Virus record (IMG/VR): IMGVR_UViG_3300045988_175036
Span: 52,290 to 116,289 of that record
Direction: 5' to 3' (one strand)
DNA length: 64,000 nucleotides
Origin: a virus
In this document: in pieces, positions 46,029 to 55,184 of the stretch
Layout of the letters: every line of letters starts with the position of its first letter
Numbering within the stretch: the first letter of the stretch is position 1
The notes under the pieces: model-generated
Databases searched by the model: none
Told to the model about the DNA's origin: nothing
The model's input: the letters and a program-made list of their open reading frames with translations, nothing else
Position numbers and translations under genes: made by a program

Positions 46029-46118
46029 ATGGGCATCACAAAACTCAAGGATATTGATGCGAGCGGGCTGAGCGAGCTGGTGGGACTCTACGTTGAGGTG
46101 GTAAGCGATGGCGACTAA
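46029..46118 (+). CDS. small ORF (29 aa), not in the ORF track
   Basis: AGGAGGG 5 nt before the ATG. Encodes MGITKLKDIDASGLSELVGLYVEVVSDGD. Overlaps the next start. Confidence 0.3.
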   Translation: MGITKLKDIDASGLSELVGLYVEVVSDGD

Positions 46119-47907
46119 GGTACTTGTAAGAAATGGAAAATTTGCTACATATGGTGACAAGGTTGTGGAGGTGGAGGCGACCGGCGCAGCTATTTCCGGT
46201 AGTCCTATTGTGGACAATAACTTAGAAAACACTGTACAGTATCGCCAGATGAATGCGGCGGCGGCGTTTATCGCCAATGTGGACTACACCGAAAACGCTA
46301 ACGATTACTCCGTTACGAAGGTCACGCCATATTACTCGGCTACGACGGCCTACAGTAAGGAAGAACCGGATGGGTTGAAGATCAAAGTTCCGTCCAACAC
46401 CGCACTCACGGTTGCACAGGGCGGTAAGACCAGAAGCGACGCGATTTCCGGAGCTGGCGTGATCTACAACATGGAGCCGCTGAAGGCCGGTACATTTTCC
46501 TTCGGCGGCAAAACCTATAAGATTGTGCCAGAGGGTGGAGTGCGTATGATCTACACACCCAGTGTGTGGAACGTCCGTGACCTCGGCGGCTGGGCTTGCA
46601 CCGGTGGCCGCGTGAAGTACGGAAAGATATTCAGAGGCGGACATTTTGGCAATATTTCCGCCGTTGACAAGGCAATGATTGTAGACTGGCTCGGCGTTGC
46701 AACGGATATTGACCTGCGTAACAACGGCGAAACTGGCGGCATTACTGCATCCCCGCTTGGCGGCAGAGTGGAGTATTATCACCAGTCGCTGGATTTTTAC
46801 GCCAACGCAGTCAGCACCAGCACAGCCTCAGTCCGGACGGTAGCAGTCCTAAAAAAGGTTATGGCTTGCGTGGCCGCAAACAAGCCATGCTATTTCCACT
46901 GCATGAGTGGCGCAGACCGAACGGGAACAATCGCCTACCTTCTGCTTTCGCTGCTGGGTGTATCGCAGAGCGACAAGGATAAGGACTACGAGTTGACGGC
47001 TTTTTCGGATGAAGCAGACGGAAAGCGGTTCAGGAACAGCAATTACAACGTCACCAATGGAAATGGGTGGTATCCGCTCATCAAATATTTCCGTGACACA
47101 TACGCTGGCGAAAATGACAATGAAAAGGTTGTGGCGTGGGCGGTCGCCAATGGGATTGCATCTGCGGAAATCAACGCTTTTCGTGCGGCCATGATTTCCG
47201 GGGACGCTGGCGAAGTCGTTGTGCCGCCGCAGGAGTACACTGTCACAAACATCCTGACCGGCTGCACCAGCAGCAATGCAGCAACGACCGTCACGGAGGG
47301 TGACAGCTACTATGCAATCATCACCGCCAGCAGCGGATATACAATGTCCGGCGCGACAGTTCATGTCAAGATGGGTGGCACGGATGTGACGGCGCTGTAC
47401 TATGCAGATGGCATTATCAACATACCGGATGTCAGCGAGAATATTGAGATTACCATCACGGCGGCGGTGTATGTGCCAACTTATACCAACGTACTGCCGA
47501 CAGCCGTAGACCCGAGCACTAAGAGCGGCGTATGGGACGGGAAAGGCTATCGCAATGGCGCATATGCGTCCTCGGCAAAGCCGTACTATGGCACAGATGC
47601 AGCTTACTGGTGTACTGGCGCTATTGCGCTACAGCCGTCTGATGTCATCTATGTCAAGGGTGCAACGCTCGAAGGCAGCGGACATGCACGCTTAGGTGCT
47701 TTTTCGGGCGCTGCTGGCGGTTGCTATTTCTGCAAGGAGTACGCAGCGTTGTCCGGTCTAGCCATGGTGACAAAGCTGGGCGACAAATACTACAAGATAG
47801 TGCTCGATCACAGCTATGCAAACTATACCAACATTGGCTACATCATGTTCTCAGCTCAAGGCACGGGCGATGGCGTTGTGGTGACAAAGAACGAGGTAAT
47901 TGAATAA
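46108..47907 (+). CDS. fibre-associated protein with a Y_phosphatase3-type CX5R tyrosine-phosphatase-like domain
   Basis: VWNVRDLGG, IDLRNNGE and YFHCMSGADRTGT (Cys codon at 46900-46902). Ig-like and beta-rich C-terminal half. Confidence 0.75.
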   Translation: MATKVLVRNGKFATYGDKVVEVEATGAAISGSPIVDNNLENTVQYRQMNAAAAFIANVDYTENANDYSVTKVTPYYSATTAYSKEEPDGLKIKVPSNTALTVAQGGKTRSDAISGAGVIYNMEPLKAGTFSFGGKTYKIVPEGGVRMIYTPSVWNVRDLGGWACTGGRVKYGKIFRGGHFGNISAVDKAMIVDWLGVATDIDLRNNGETGGITASPLGGRVEYYHQSLDFYANAVSTSTASVRTVAVLKKVMACVAANKPCYFHCMSGADRTGTIAYLLLSLLGVSQSDKDKDYELTAFSDEADGKRFRNSNYNVTNGNGWYPLIKYFRDTYAGENDNEKVVAWAVANGIASAEINAFRAAMISGDAGEVVVPPQEYTVTNILTGCTSSNAATTVTEGDSYYAIITASSGYTMSGATVHVKMGGTDVTALYYADGIINIPDVSENIEITITAAVYVPTYTNVLPTAVDPSTKSGVWDGKGYRNGAYASSAKPYYGTDAAYWCTGAIALQPSDVIYVKGATLEGSGHARLGAFSGAAGGCYFCKEYAALSGLAMVTKLGDKYYKIVLDHSYANYTNIGYIMFSAQGTGDGVVVTKNEVIE

Positions 47908-47938
47908 GAAGAAGCGATCATAATCTATTTTTCAAAAT

Positions 47939-47967
47939 TTGAAAAATTCTCAAAACCATGCTATACT
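47939..47967 (+). promoter_or_regulatory. sigma-A type promoter, conserved cassette
   Basis: TTGAAA, 17 nt, TGcTATACT, then ATCTATAGAAAATAAAAG. Confidence 0.65.
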
Positions 47968-47996
47968 ATCTATAGAAAATAAAAGAAGAAAGGAGT

Positions 47997-48764
47997 GTGA
48001 AAAACTTGGCAAAAGCTAGTGACATTATAAAACTCGCAAAAACTTACGTCGGAACAAAAGAGTCTCCCGCAAATTCTAACAATGTAGTGTTCAATACTCA
48101 CTACTATGGCCGCGAAGTATATGATGGCCTGTGGGGCTGCTCATTTCCTTGGTGCGCTACGTTTGTTTGGGACATTTTCCGAATGGCTGGAGCTTCTAGT
48201 CTTTTTTATTATGGAAAGAAAACTGCCAGTTGCTTCGCTATCCAATCATGGGGTCAGCAACAAAAGCTCCAAGTCGGTCGAGATGGTGGCCAATGCGGTG
48301 ACATCGTTCTTTTTGACTGGAATGCTAATGCCCAACCTGACCATGTTGGGCTTATTATTTCTCATAATGACGATGGTTCTTATCAAACGATTGAAGGCAA
48401 TACTTCGGTTACTAGTAATTCAAACGGTGGCGAAGTCCAAATTAGAACTCGCCCCAAGTCTTGTATTATGATGATTATTCGACCGAAATATGAACCAGAG
48501 ACTTCTAATCCGACCCCAACACCAGTAAAGGAGGAAAAAGTAAACGTGGAACTACCAGTCCTAAAGAAAGGCAGCAGCAATAAGTCTGTTCACGCCGCGA
48601 TGGTTCTAATGAAGGAAAAGGGATATTATCCATATACAATTCCTGCTTGGGATAACCTATTTGGCGCGAAGATGGAAGAGGGTGTAAAGAGGATGCAGAG
48701 GGAGCATAATCTTGGCGTTGATGGCATCATCGGCGCGAATTCCTGGAACTTCCTTCTAAAGTAA
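47997..48764 (+). CDS. endolysin: CHAP domain plus C-terminal PG_binding_1
   Basis: CSFPWCATFVWDIF and DHVGLII (CHAP Cys/His); GVDGIIGANSWNFLL. TTG 48006 is better spaced from the AGGAG than GTG 47997. Confidence 0.8.
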   Translation: MKNLAKASDIIKLAKTYVGTKESPANSNNVVFNTHYYGREVYDGLWGCSFPWCATFVWDIFRMAGASSLFYYGKKTASCFAIQSWGQQQKLQVGRDGGQCGDIVLFDWNANAQPDHVGLIISHNDDGSYQTIEGNTSVTSNSNGGEVQIRTRPKSCIMMIIRPKYEPETSNPTPTPVKEEKVNVELPVLKKGSSNKSVHAAMVLMKEKGYYPYTIPAWDNLFGAKMEEGVKRMQREHNLGVDGIIGANSWNFLLK

Positions 48765-48775
48765 ATATAAAAGAG

Positions 48776-48810
48776 CCCCGAAGACTTTAGTTGTCTTCGG
48801 GGTTTATTTT
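48776..48810. terminator. bidirectional intrinsic terminator at the convergence point
   Basis: CCCCGAAGAC-tttagtt-GTCTTCGGGG followed by TTTATTTT. Confidence 0.75.
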
Positions 48811-49050
48811 GTTCCATAGCTCTTCCATTTTTTCTGCACAGCAATAATCAACCCAAAACCAATGGAAGATTAGCTCAATTACGTGTTCTGTGTCAGGAAA
48901 ATTTTCAGCGACTCGACGCACCATTTGATCTGCGAATTCCTCTATTGGAGTATCATAGAGATTTAGATGGGTTTCGTTTGCTACGCACTCTATCCAAAGG
49001 TAGAAAGAATAAATGTCTTGGATAATGGAGAAAAATTGGTCTTTTTTCAT
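48787..49050 (-). CDS. hypothetical protein
   Basis: ORF track frame; ATG 49050 after GAGGA. Confidence 0.45.
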   Translation of the reverse strand: MKKDQFFSIIQDIYSFYLWIECVANETHLNLYDTPIEEFADQMVRRVAENFPDTEHVIELIFHWFWVDYCCAEKMEELWNKINPEDN

Positions 49051-49084
49051 TCGTTTTCCTCGGTAGAAGAAGTTTGAGTTGCCA

Positions 49085-49558
49085 TTATATCGCATCAGCC
49101 TCTGTCCAAGTTTTTATTGTAATTGTCGCGCCGCCTCCGCTAGAGGAACCGGGCGCAGTATAGAGTAAACCATTTGCGTCTACTCCAACAGATTGTGTCA
49201 TTGCGCTAGTTTTTACAACTGGTTTTACTCCTCCTAGAACAGATGCAGATGCTGTTGGGAGAGTATAGTCCGCTGGAACTTTTGTTATTTGGTCAAGGAT
49301 AGATTTATTAGAGTGAGAGTGGCGCGCTGTTGTATTTGCATTGACATCGGTTGTTGTGGGTACAGTGATTGTTTTTTCTTCACTACCGTCATAGGTTGTA
49401 GTAGCCGCGCCTTGAATTACTTTCATAGAGTAGGGATTTTTTAGAGAGGTCGGTATTTGAGTGTTCTCTAGTCCGATAATTGCGTCTTGAATCTCGTTGA
49501 GATTTTGCGCGGTTATTGCTGTCTCGCGTGAGACATATGTTCGTTTTTTAAGTGCCAT
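49085..49558 (-). CDS. tail-fibre-like protein
   Basis: LKNPYSMKVIQGAATTTYDGS parallels LKNPNALTFTGAATGTYDGS in the 45031 gene. Gly/Ser-rich C-terminus. Confidence 0.5.
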   Translation of the reverse strand: MALKKRTYVSRETAITAQNLNEIQDAIIGLENTQIPTSLKNPYSMKVIQGAATTTYDGSEEKTITVPTTTDVNANTTARHSHSNKSILDQITKVPADYTLPTASASVLGGVKPVVKTSAMTQSVGVDANGLLYTAPGSSSGGGATITIKTWTEADAI

Positions 49559-49629
49559 TTTAGATAAAATCACCTCACAGATAATTTCTCTCTTTTGGAA
49601 GTAGAAAATTATCTGTGAGGCTTGACATT

Positions 49630-51918
49630 TTAGGCTTCGGTGACTTCAGTTGCGGTTAGAGCACCAGTATCATCAACTGTTATTTTGAATTTTTTAGTGG
49701 AATTAGGCGTTGAGGAGGAGATTAGGATTCCATCATAGACGTGCGCAGCAGTGATATAGTTACTATCATTTTCAAGCTTAGATATTTTTGAGGGTGTATG
49801 GTCATCAACATATTTCTTAGTAGCAGGATGGTAGTCTGCCGTCGGGGTGAAAGCTGCCGTGTTGGTAGTTGTGAGAACATCGACTGCTTTCCAAGAAATT
49901 GGTTTGTGATTATTCCATGCTTGGACTGATAAAATAGAACCAGTTTTTATGTCACTGTCATTGAGTACATTAAAAATGCCATCACAATCAAAGGACTGGA
50001 ACTCCCAGTCTCCTTTAAAGGAGTTATCAACGAGCATAGCGCTTAGTTTGGCTACTATAAGATTATCAGCAGTATACCCAGAAGTTGAGAATACTAAATT
50101 ATATTTGTCGTTATACTCATTATAATGCCAGTTAATAAGGATTAGTCCGTATACATTATTTACAACCCTCAGACCTTGATTAGCCGCATCATATATTTCT
50201 TTTGCTGTTTTATTGGATGTCCAGTGATTTGGTCCGCTAGTAAAATCGACAAGGAACAATTTAGTATTCAAATTAATTTCTTTATCCATCACCACAGTGT
50301 CTGCTGCGCCGTTTTGACCTTGAGTAATTTTAAGGCGCTTGTAGATGCTGTTAGAGACAGTTGAGAAATAAAATGATACAATGTCAGATGAGTCCTTTTC
50401 AAAAGATTCATAGTGGTATGTTTCGTCGTTATAGAATAGAGGACAGATGAATTGAGCTTTAGACGGTTCCTTTGTAGCAAGAAAACCACCGAATAATTCA
50501 ACAGCATTTGGCGGGCTACATAGAAGCGTTCCATTGTTAGATTTAGTAATTAACACAGATTTAATGATTGCTTGTGGGATTTCTCCACTCTCCACGTAAG
50601 TAAAATCGATACCAGATGAACTGGCTTTATATTTTATATCAACATAGCTAATAACTGGTACTAAACCACTGCCAAATCCGTCAGGCGCTGTATTTATATC
50701 AACGACCATAGGACTTGCGATAATCCACGTCATTTGAACGTTTGCAATTTCTCCGCTATCGTTTCTGTCTACTACTAAACCATTTGGAGATAGCAGTGAT
50801 TCATCTAAGTTTATAGAATAGTCATTTGGATTCTCGCTTTTTGCGAGAGCTGCTTTGACCTCGTCCCAGGTTCGATCAGTGGACCAGGTTTTGGTATCTT
50901 GGTTGTAAGTTGGGGTGATGATAAAGAGAGAATTGCCACCACCTTCAAAAGTCCAGGCGATGGGGGACGGAGTTACGCTTCGCATATTCCATGTAAAATT
51001 GCCTTTCTTACCATCTGCTGTGGAAACTAGGTATTTAAAAACCGGATAATTGTTATCATGATAATATCCTATATACGTTACAATTACAGGATAACTAGTG
51101 GCAGTAAAACCTAAAGTGGCTTCTATGGTGCTATTAGAAGATGCGAATATCATAGTATTTCCTTTAGACCTGGTAATATCCCCCGCTAATGTATTTTTAT
51201 CTATGATGTTATTATTGACGTTTCCATTAATTTCTCTACGTATAAAAGGCTTATTTGAATCACGATCAATGACGATATAGTTAACTGTGTCTCCATCTGG
51301 CGTGTTGCTAAGACTATCGGCCTTAATACCACCAACTGTTTCATTGGTAGCTACAGGAATAAAGTCTGAAGGTAATGGCACTGCAACTTTAATTATAATA
51401 TACCAATCATCATTTTTAAATGTAATGGTATTTCCAGTTTTATTTTCGATTTTAATATCAAATTTACTGGAACCAGAAGAAAAATAAATTCGCGGAGTCA
51501 ACTTCAGTCCATTGTCTGCTGTTATAGGTTTGCAAGTATAAGGATTCGTGCTATTAGTAAATGCTAATAAATATTTTTTACCTTCAAAGTACATCACTAA
51601 ACAATTTTCTCTACTTTTTTCAAGTAAGAGTTGACCGGTTATGCCTTCAGAATAAGTAAATATACGATACGTCACTTCGTCATCTTTATAAGTAGAAGTG
51701 GTGCCTTCTCCAGGTTTAGAAGTAGAAGTAGCTGCTACTTCCTCTCTGTAATAACCGACCCTATTTTTGATATAATCCTTCGCGGTTTCATCATTCTGAT
51801 CCCAATCTGCTTGAACTTGACTCTCTTCAACCGCTGTATCTACTAAGCCCTCTAATACTGCTCTATTAGTATTATGTGGCGTCTCCATTACATAGTCTAT
51901 AACATCTTGCTTTGACAT
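49630..51918 (-). CDS. large virion/tail-fibre-like structural protein (762 aa)
   Basis: N-terminal ADWDQNDETAKDYIKNR motif, common in Firmicute phage fibre proteins. AGAGGTG RBS. Confidence 0.55.
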   Translation of the reverse strand: MSKQDVIDYVMETPHNTNRAVLEGLVDTAVEESQVQADWDQNDETAKDYIKNRVGYYREEVAATSTSKPGEGTTSTYKDDEVTYRIFTYSEGITGQLLLEKSRENCLVMYFEGKKYLLAFTNSTNPYTCKPITADNGLKLTPRIYFSSGSSKFDIKIENKTGNTITFKNDDWYIIIKVAVPLPSDFIPVATNETVGGIKADSLSNTPDGDTVNYIVIDRDSNKPFIRREINGNVNNNIIDKNTLAGDITRSKGNTMIFASSNSTIEATLGFTATSYPVIVTYIGYYHDNNYPVFKYLVSTADGKKGNFTWNMRSVTPSPIAWTFEGGGNSLFIITPTYNQDTKTWSTDRTWDEVKAALAKSENPNDYSINLDESLLSPNGLVVDRNDSGEIANVQMTWIIASPMVVDINTAPDGFGSGLVPVISYVDIKYKASSSGIDFTYVESGEIPQAIIKSVLITKSNNGTLLCSPPNAVELFGGFLATKEPSKAQFICPLFYNDETYHYESFEKDSSDIVSFYFSTVSNSIYKRLKITQGQNGAADTVVMDKEINLNTKLFLVDFTSGPNHWTSNKTAKEIYDAANQGLRVVNNVYGLILINWHYNEYNDKYNLVFSTSGYTADNLIVAKLSAMLVDNSFKGDWEFQSFDCDGIFNVLNDSDIKTGSILSVQAWNNHKPISWKAVDVLTTTNTAAFTPTADYHPATKKYVDDHTPSKISKLENDSNYITAAHVYDGILISSSTPNSTKKFKITVDDTGALTATEVTEA

Positions 51919-51987
51919 TTATTTCACCTCTTAAAAATAATATCTCTACTATAGTAGGTGGGATTCCTATCTAGTAACTTGACTAAT

Positions 51988-52016
51988 TTGAAAAACAACC
52001 AAAAATCTGATATAAT
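51988..52016 (+). promoter_or_regulatory. sigma-A type promoter, conserved cassette
   Basis: TTGAAA, 17 nt, TGaTATAAT, then ATTTATAGAAAATGAAGGAGG. Confidence 0.7.
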
Positions 52017-52043
52017 ATTTATAGAAAATGAAGGAGGAAAACG

Positions 52044-52301
52044 ATGAGTATCTTCAAGAAAATTTCTCAAAAATTGGAGTATGCGAAGATGAAGAATGCA
52101 ACAATTACCCCGAAGGGAATTTGCTTCCGTGAGTATTGTCAAAAAATCCGTGACCATAAATGGACACCTGCCGATACTATTGAGGCATATGAAGAGGAGA
52201 TTAGCATCGTGCGCGACCTCCTTGAACAGGGGAAATATGTAATTTGTCGAGAGGACGTGGCGGATTATCTGTTCCAGCTGCTTTTGGAAGTAAAGGAGTA
52301 A
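52044..52301 (+). CDS. hypothetical protein (85 aa)
   Basis: ORF track; GGAGG RBS. Confidence 0.55.
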   Translation: MSIFKKISQKLEYAKMKNATITPKGICFREYCQKIRDHKWTPADTIEAYEEEISIVRDLLEQGKYVICREDVADYLFQLLLEVKE

Positions 52302-52310
52302 TAAGATAAG

Positions 52311-52562
52311 ATGAGATACAAGAATTATGAACTAAGAAAAACAGAAGATCATGAGTGGGAAATTGTTCAATGGTTTCCTAATAATCTAGTTGAGAGCTGC
52401 ATTGTTGTAATGATTCTTAGATGGGATACACGAAGTGGTTCTTTGAAGATTGACCCAATAACCTCTCGCATTATTCCAACGTACAGTGTAAGAAATTTTG
52501 ATAAATGGCTTGATATCTGTCTAAAGTTTATTGAGCTTTCTGAGGAGGATGAGGAGAAATGA
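52311..52562 (+). CDS. hypothetical protein (83 aa)
   Basis: ORF track only. Confidence 0.5.
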   Translation: MRYKNYELRKTEDHEWEIVQWFPNNLVESCIVVMILRWDTRSGSLKIDPITSRIIPTYSVRNFDKWLDICLKFIELSEEDEEK

Positions 52563-52735
52563 AGTTGAAGATACTAATTTTTGGAATTCTTGGGTATCTT
52601 GGCGCAATTTTTGGTTGGAATGCATGGGCTTCTATCAATAATTATCCGCATTGGCTTATTTATATTGTTGAGTTCACGATGCTTGGCGTTTATATGTTTG
52701 CCTGCTGGAAAGGAGATAAGAGCGATGACGACTAA
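52559..52735 (+). CDS. small two-TM membrane protein (58 aa), not in the ORF track
   Basis: ATGA overlap with the upstream stop. Encodes MKLKILIFGILGYLGAIFGWNAWASINNYPHWLIYIVEFTMLGVYMFACWKGDKSDDD. Confidence 0.5.
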   Translation: MKLKILIFGILGYLGAIFGWNAWASINNYPHWLIYIVEFTMLGVYMFACWKGDKSDDD

Positions 52736-52931
52736 GGAAATTTGTGCGAACCTTGATAAAATTATCGATAGCGTTCCGGACACTGATATTCAGAGAATCG
52801 CGCGTGAAGCTCTTACTAGACTGCGCCATCAAGAAGAGGAGTTACACACAATGCGAGAAGTGTCGATCGCGCACAAAGAGCTGATTGGCGCGCTCTATCA
52901 TCAAATTGATACAATTGAAAGGGGAATTTGA
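52725..52931 (+). CDS. hypothetical protein (68 aa)
   Basis: Internal ATG of track ORF 52581-52931, preceded by AAGGAG. The upstream part of the track ORF overlaps the 52559 gene out of frame. Confidence 0.5.
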   Translation: MTTKEICANLDKIIDSVPDTDIQRIAREALTRLRHQEEELHTMREVSIAHKELIGALYHQIDTIERGI

Positions 52932-52932
52932 T

Positions 52933-53184
52933 ATGAAGCCTAATACTTTCGTTCTTGATCGCAACAAGTTCAAGACTAAGGAAGAATTCAATACCACCAT
53001 TGGCAATGCTATTCGTATGTTCACGGATGCAGACTATCAAGTAAAGGCGTACTGGGATGATATTGGCGTCGGTATTTTTGTAATTGAGTATGACCACGCG
53101 AAACCCGAATTCGGCATTACTCTTGAGTGGCATGATGAAATGGAAGATAGAGTTATGAATGACAGGGAAGAGGATTACGACTAA
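52933..53184 (+). CDS. hypothetical protein (83 aa)
   Basis: ORF track frame; start at ATG 52933. Confidence 0.5.
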   Translation: MKPNTFVLDRNKFKTKEEFNTTIGNAIRMFTDADYQVKAYWDDIGVGIFVIEYDHAKPEFGITLEWHDEMEDRVMNDREEDYD

Positions 53185-53185
53185 T

Positions 53186-53214
53186 TTGAATTTCTAGTAA
53201 AATTATGGTATAAT
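53186..53214 (+). promoter_or_regulatory. sigma-A type promoter, conserved cassette
   Basis: TTGAAT, 17 nt, TGgTATAAT, then TTTATTAGAAAATGAG. Confidence 0.65.
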
Positions 53215-53249
53215 TTTATTAGAAAATGAGATAAGAAAGGATTGATACT

Positions 53250-53504
53250 ATGGCTGGTTATCGTAGAACGTCGAAGTATTCAGTGGAGGACACTCAGAAA
53301 TGGACAATTGAAGCAATGCTTACTCTTTCCGAAGAAAAACGCGCAATGACATGCGAAGAGTTGCGCACGACTAATATCCAGCTAGTATCAGTCACTCCGC
53401 AGAAGCTCGCGCGATGTCTTAGTTCTCTTTGCGATTTAGGAACGATTCGTAAGGAAAAGGGCAAGGACGGCCGTATGCGTTATTGGTTCGTGGAGGCAAT
53501 GTAA
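53250..53504 (+). CDS. winged-helix protein (84 aa)
   Basis: LARCLSSLCDLGTIRKEKGKDGRMRYWF. Confidence 0.5.
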   Translation: MAGYRRTSKYSVEDTQKWTIEAMLTLSEEKRAMTCEELRTTNIQLVSVTPQKLARCLSSLCDLGTIRKEKGKDGRMRYWFVEAM

Positions 53505-53728
53505 TGGAGACAAAAGAGGTAGTCAAAAAGATTCTTGAGGAAAGTAGTTGTCAATCTTCTAAGTCGATTAGCGCGATGGCAATGCGCAAATTCAGAATTG
53601 AGGTAACTCCGGCGCAAGTTTCTGGTGTACTGCGCGCGATGATAGCGCGCGGAGAAGCTGCTTGTTCTAGTAATGGTAGTGGCCAGAGAGTATATTGGCT
53701 CGTAAAACATGAATGGGAGGAGAAATAA
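53504..53728 (+). CDS. winged-helix protein (74 aa)
   Basis: TAATG overlap with the upstream stop; AQVSGVLRAMIARGEA...GQRVYWL. Confidence 0.5.
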   Translation: METKEVVKKILEESSCQSSKSISAMAMRKFRIEVTPAQVSGVLRAMIARGEAACSSNGSGQRVYWLVKHEWEEK

Positions 53729-53729
53729 A

Positions 53730-53981
53730 ATGGTTCGTTTCAAAGTTGTTCTTGGATGGTGGGAAGATCCACTCGATGGCGGCAAGTCTACTTATACGGA
53801 AAAGACTTTCAAGGGAGTAGCTTCTGGCCCCTCTGCCACGGAAGCTCTCGCCCAGATTGAAGAGTATTACGGTGCCGACGAAATTCAAAACGTCACACTC
53901 GAATACACTGACGATATGGATACTCCCATTTATGATGTAACGAATGAAGAAGAAGAGGCTTGGCTAACAAAGGAGGATTAA
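53730..53981 (+). CDS. hypothetical protein (83 aa)
   Basis: ORF track frame; GGAGGAG RBS. Confidence 0.5.
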   Translation: MVRFKVVLGWWEDPLDGGKSTYTEKTFKGVASGPSATEALAQIEEYYGADEIQNVTLEYTDDMDTPIYDVTNEEEEAWLTKED

Positions 53982-53982
53982 T

Positions 53983-54432
53983 ATGAGCATTGATTATACC
54001 TTTTATATGAAGACAGCTAACAAAGAGTTTTATCCGATTGCTTCTTTTGGTGGCGGTTCTATGGTTGGCGAAGCTTTGAACATCCAGTTCAGAAGCAGTA
54101 ACTTTTGCAATAGACGAGTACTTCATGAAGAGGAGCTGCGCCAGATGGTTGCTGAGAGAAACAATCGCGCGCGCGAACATAAAGCAATGATTCGTAAGTA
54201 TCAGAAACGACAGGAAGAAATTGGCAGTTGGACGAATTCTACAGATGAAAAATATAGTCTGATTACTGAACTCGATGACATGATTGATGAGGAAAAGTGT
54301 GATATGGACTACTGCACGCGCAGTGCGGATTTCTTTGAATTCCTTTTGGATTTTATTGATATGGCGAAATACGCTAGTCCGGATGACCCTAAGATTGATC
54401 CTGAAGACTATATCTATTGGGAGATGACCTGA
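53983..54432 (+). CDS. hypothetical protein (149 aa)
   Basis: ORF track; AAGGAGG RBS. Confidence 0.55.
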   Translation: MSIDYTFYMKTANKEFYPIASFGGGSMVGEALNIQFRSSNFCNRRVLHEEELRQMVAERNNRAREHKAMIRKYQKRQEEIGSWTNSTDEKYSLITELDDMIDEEKCDMDYCTRSADFFEFLLDFIDMAKYASPDDPKIDPEDYIYWEMT

Positions 54433-54821
54433 TGGGGAAGCCCATTACACATCTAACTTGGGCGCTTTTTACTAGTTGGCGCCCATCAGTTTTCTTCGAA
54501 GACCTCTATATTTGGTTTAGAAGACTTATTTTTCTTCTTCGACATGGATATTGCCCGCAGGCTAGATTTGAAATGTTTGAGTGGCATCGTCAGGTAATGA
54601 ATGAACTTCTTACCCACTTTCGAAATAATCATTCTGGCGTTCCTTATCTTATTGATGAAGAAGACAATCAAAAAAATGAAGAGACATGGAATAATATTAT
54701 TGACCAGATGTCATTAGCACTTAGGGAAATGGGTGACAATGTTGACTACCGTGCGCGCGAACATGCCAAGAAGAGATTTTTCCGCCTTTTCTCTGAATAT
54801 TACTTCTACCTGTGGGACTAA
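54432..54821 (+). CDS. hypothetical protein (129 aa)
   Basis: ORF track frame; TGATG overlap with the upstream stop. Confidence 0.5.
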   Translation: MGKPITHLTWALFTSWRPSVFFEDLYIWFRRLIFLLRHGYCPQARFEMFEWHRQVMNELLTHFRNNHSGVPYLIDEEDNQKNEETWNNIIDQMSLALREMGDNVDYRAREHAKKRFFRLFSEYYFYLWD

Positions 54822-54851
54822 GCTCTCACAGGTCTTTTTTACGTTACAAAT

Positions 54852-54880
54852 TTGAATTTTGGCCATAAAAATGGTATAAT
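54852..54880 (+). promoter_or_regulatory. sigma-A type promoter, conserved cassette
   Basis: TTGAAT, 17 nt, TGgTATAAT, then ATCTATACAAGATAAGG. Confidence 0.65.
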
Positions 54881-54912
54881 ATCTATACAAGATAAGGAAA
54901 GGAAAAGAAAAA

Positions 54913-55110
54913 ATGGTAGTTTCATTCAAGACTAATTCGGATATTACGCTGGAGAATCATGACTTCTCCAAGAGGCAGTGGCGTAAAATTTGTAAGGCAC
55001 TCGGCGCACAAGATGATGATAATGTTCTATGGATTGAAATTCCAGCAAATACTGTGGAGTTGGTTTGTAAGCCTACCAAAAGCGAATTGGAAGAGTGGAA
55101 CAGACGATAA
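54913..55110 (+). CDS. hypothetical protein (65 aa)
   Basis: ORF track only. Confidence 0.45.
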   Translation: MVVSFKTNSDITLENHDFSKRQWRKICKALGAQDDDNVLWIEIPANTVELVCKPTKSELEEWNRR

Positions 55111-55184
55111 TTACACTTAGAAAAGCTGAAGAACGAATTAAGCGAACCGCAGTATAGACTGATATTTTGAAAGGAGAAGAAGGT

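Noticed and set aside
46222-47364. Long minus-strand ORFs (46222-46782, 46849-47364, 47043-47294) opposite the phosphatase-domain gene.
   Set aside because: This is the typical antisense ORF artefact of high-GC coding sequence. The plus-strand gene carries clear domain motifs.
45600-49573. Diversity-generating retroelement: the similar fibre segments LKNP...GAATxTYDGS (near 45640 and near 49400) as a template/variable repeat pair.
   Set aside because: The DNA differences are spread over all bases and are not adenine-specific. The two copies differ greatly in GC content, and no reverse transcriptase gene is in the window. This is protein-level motif conservation only.
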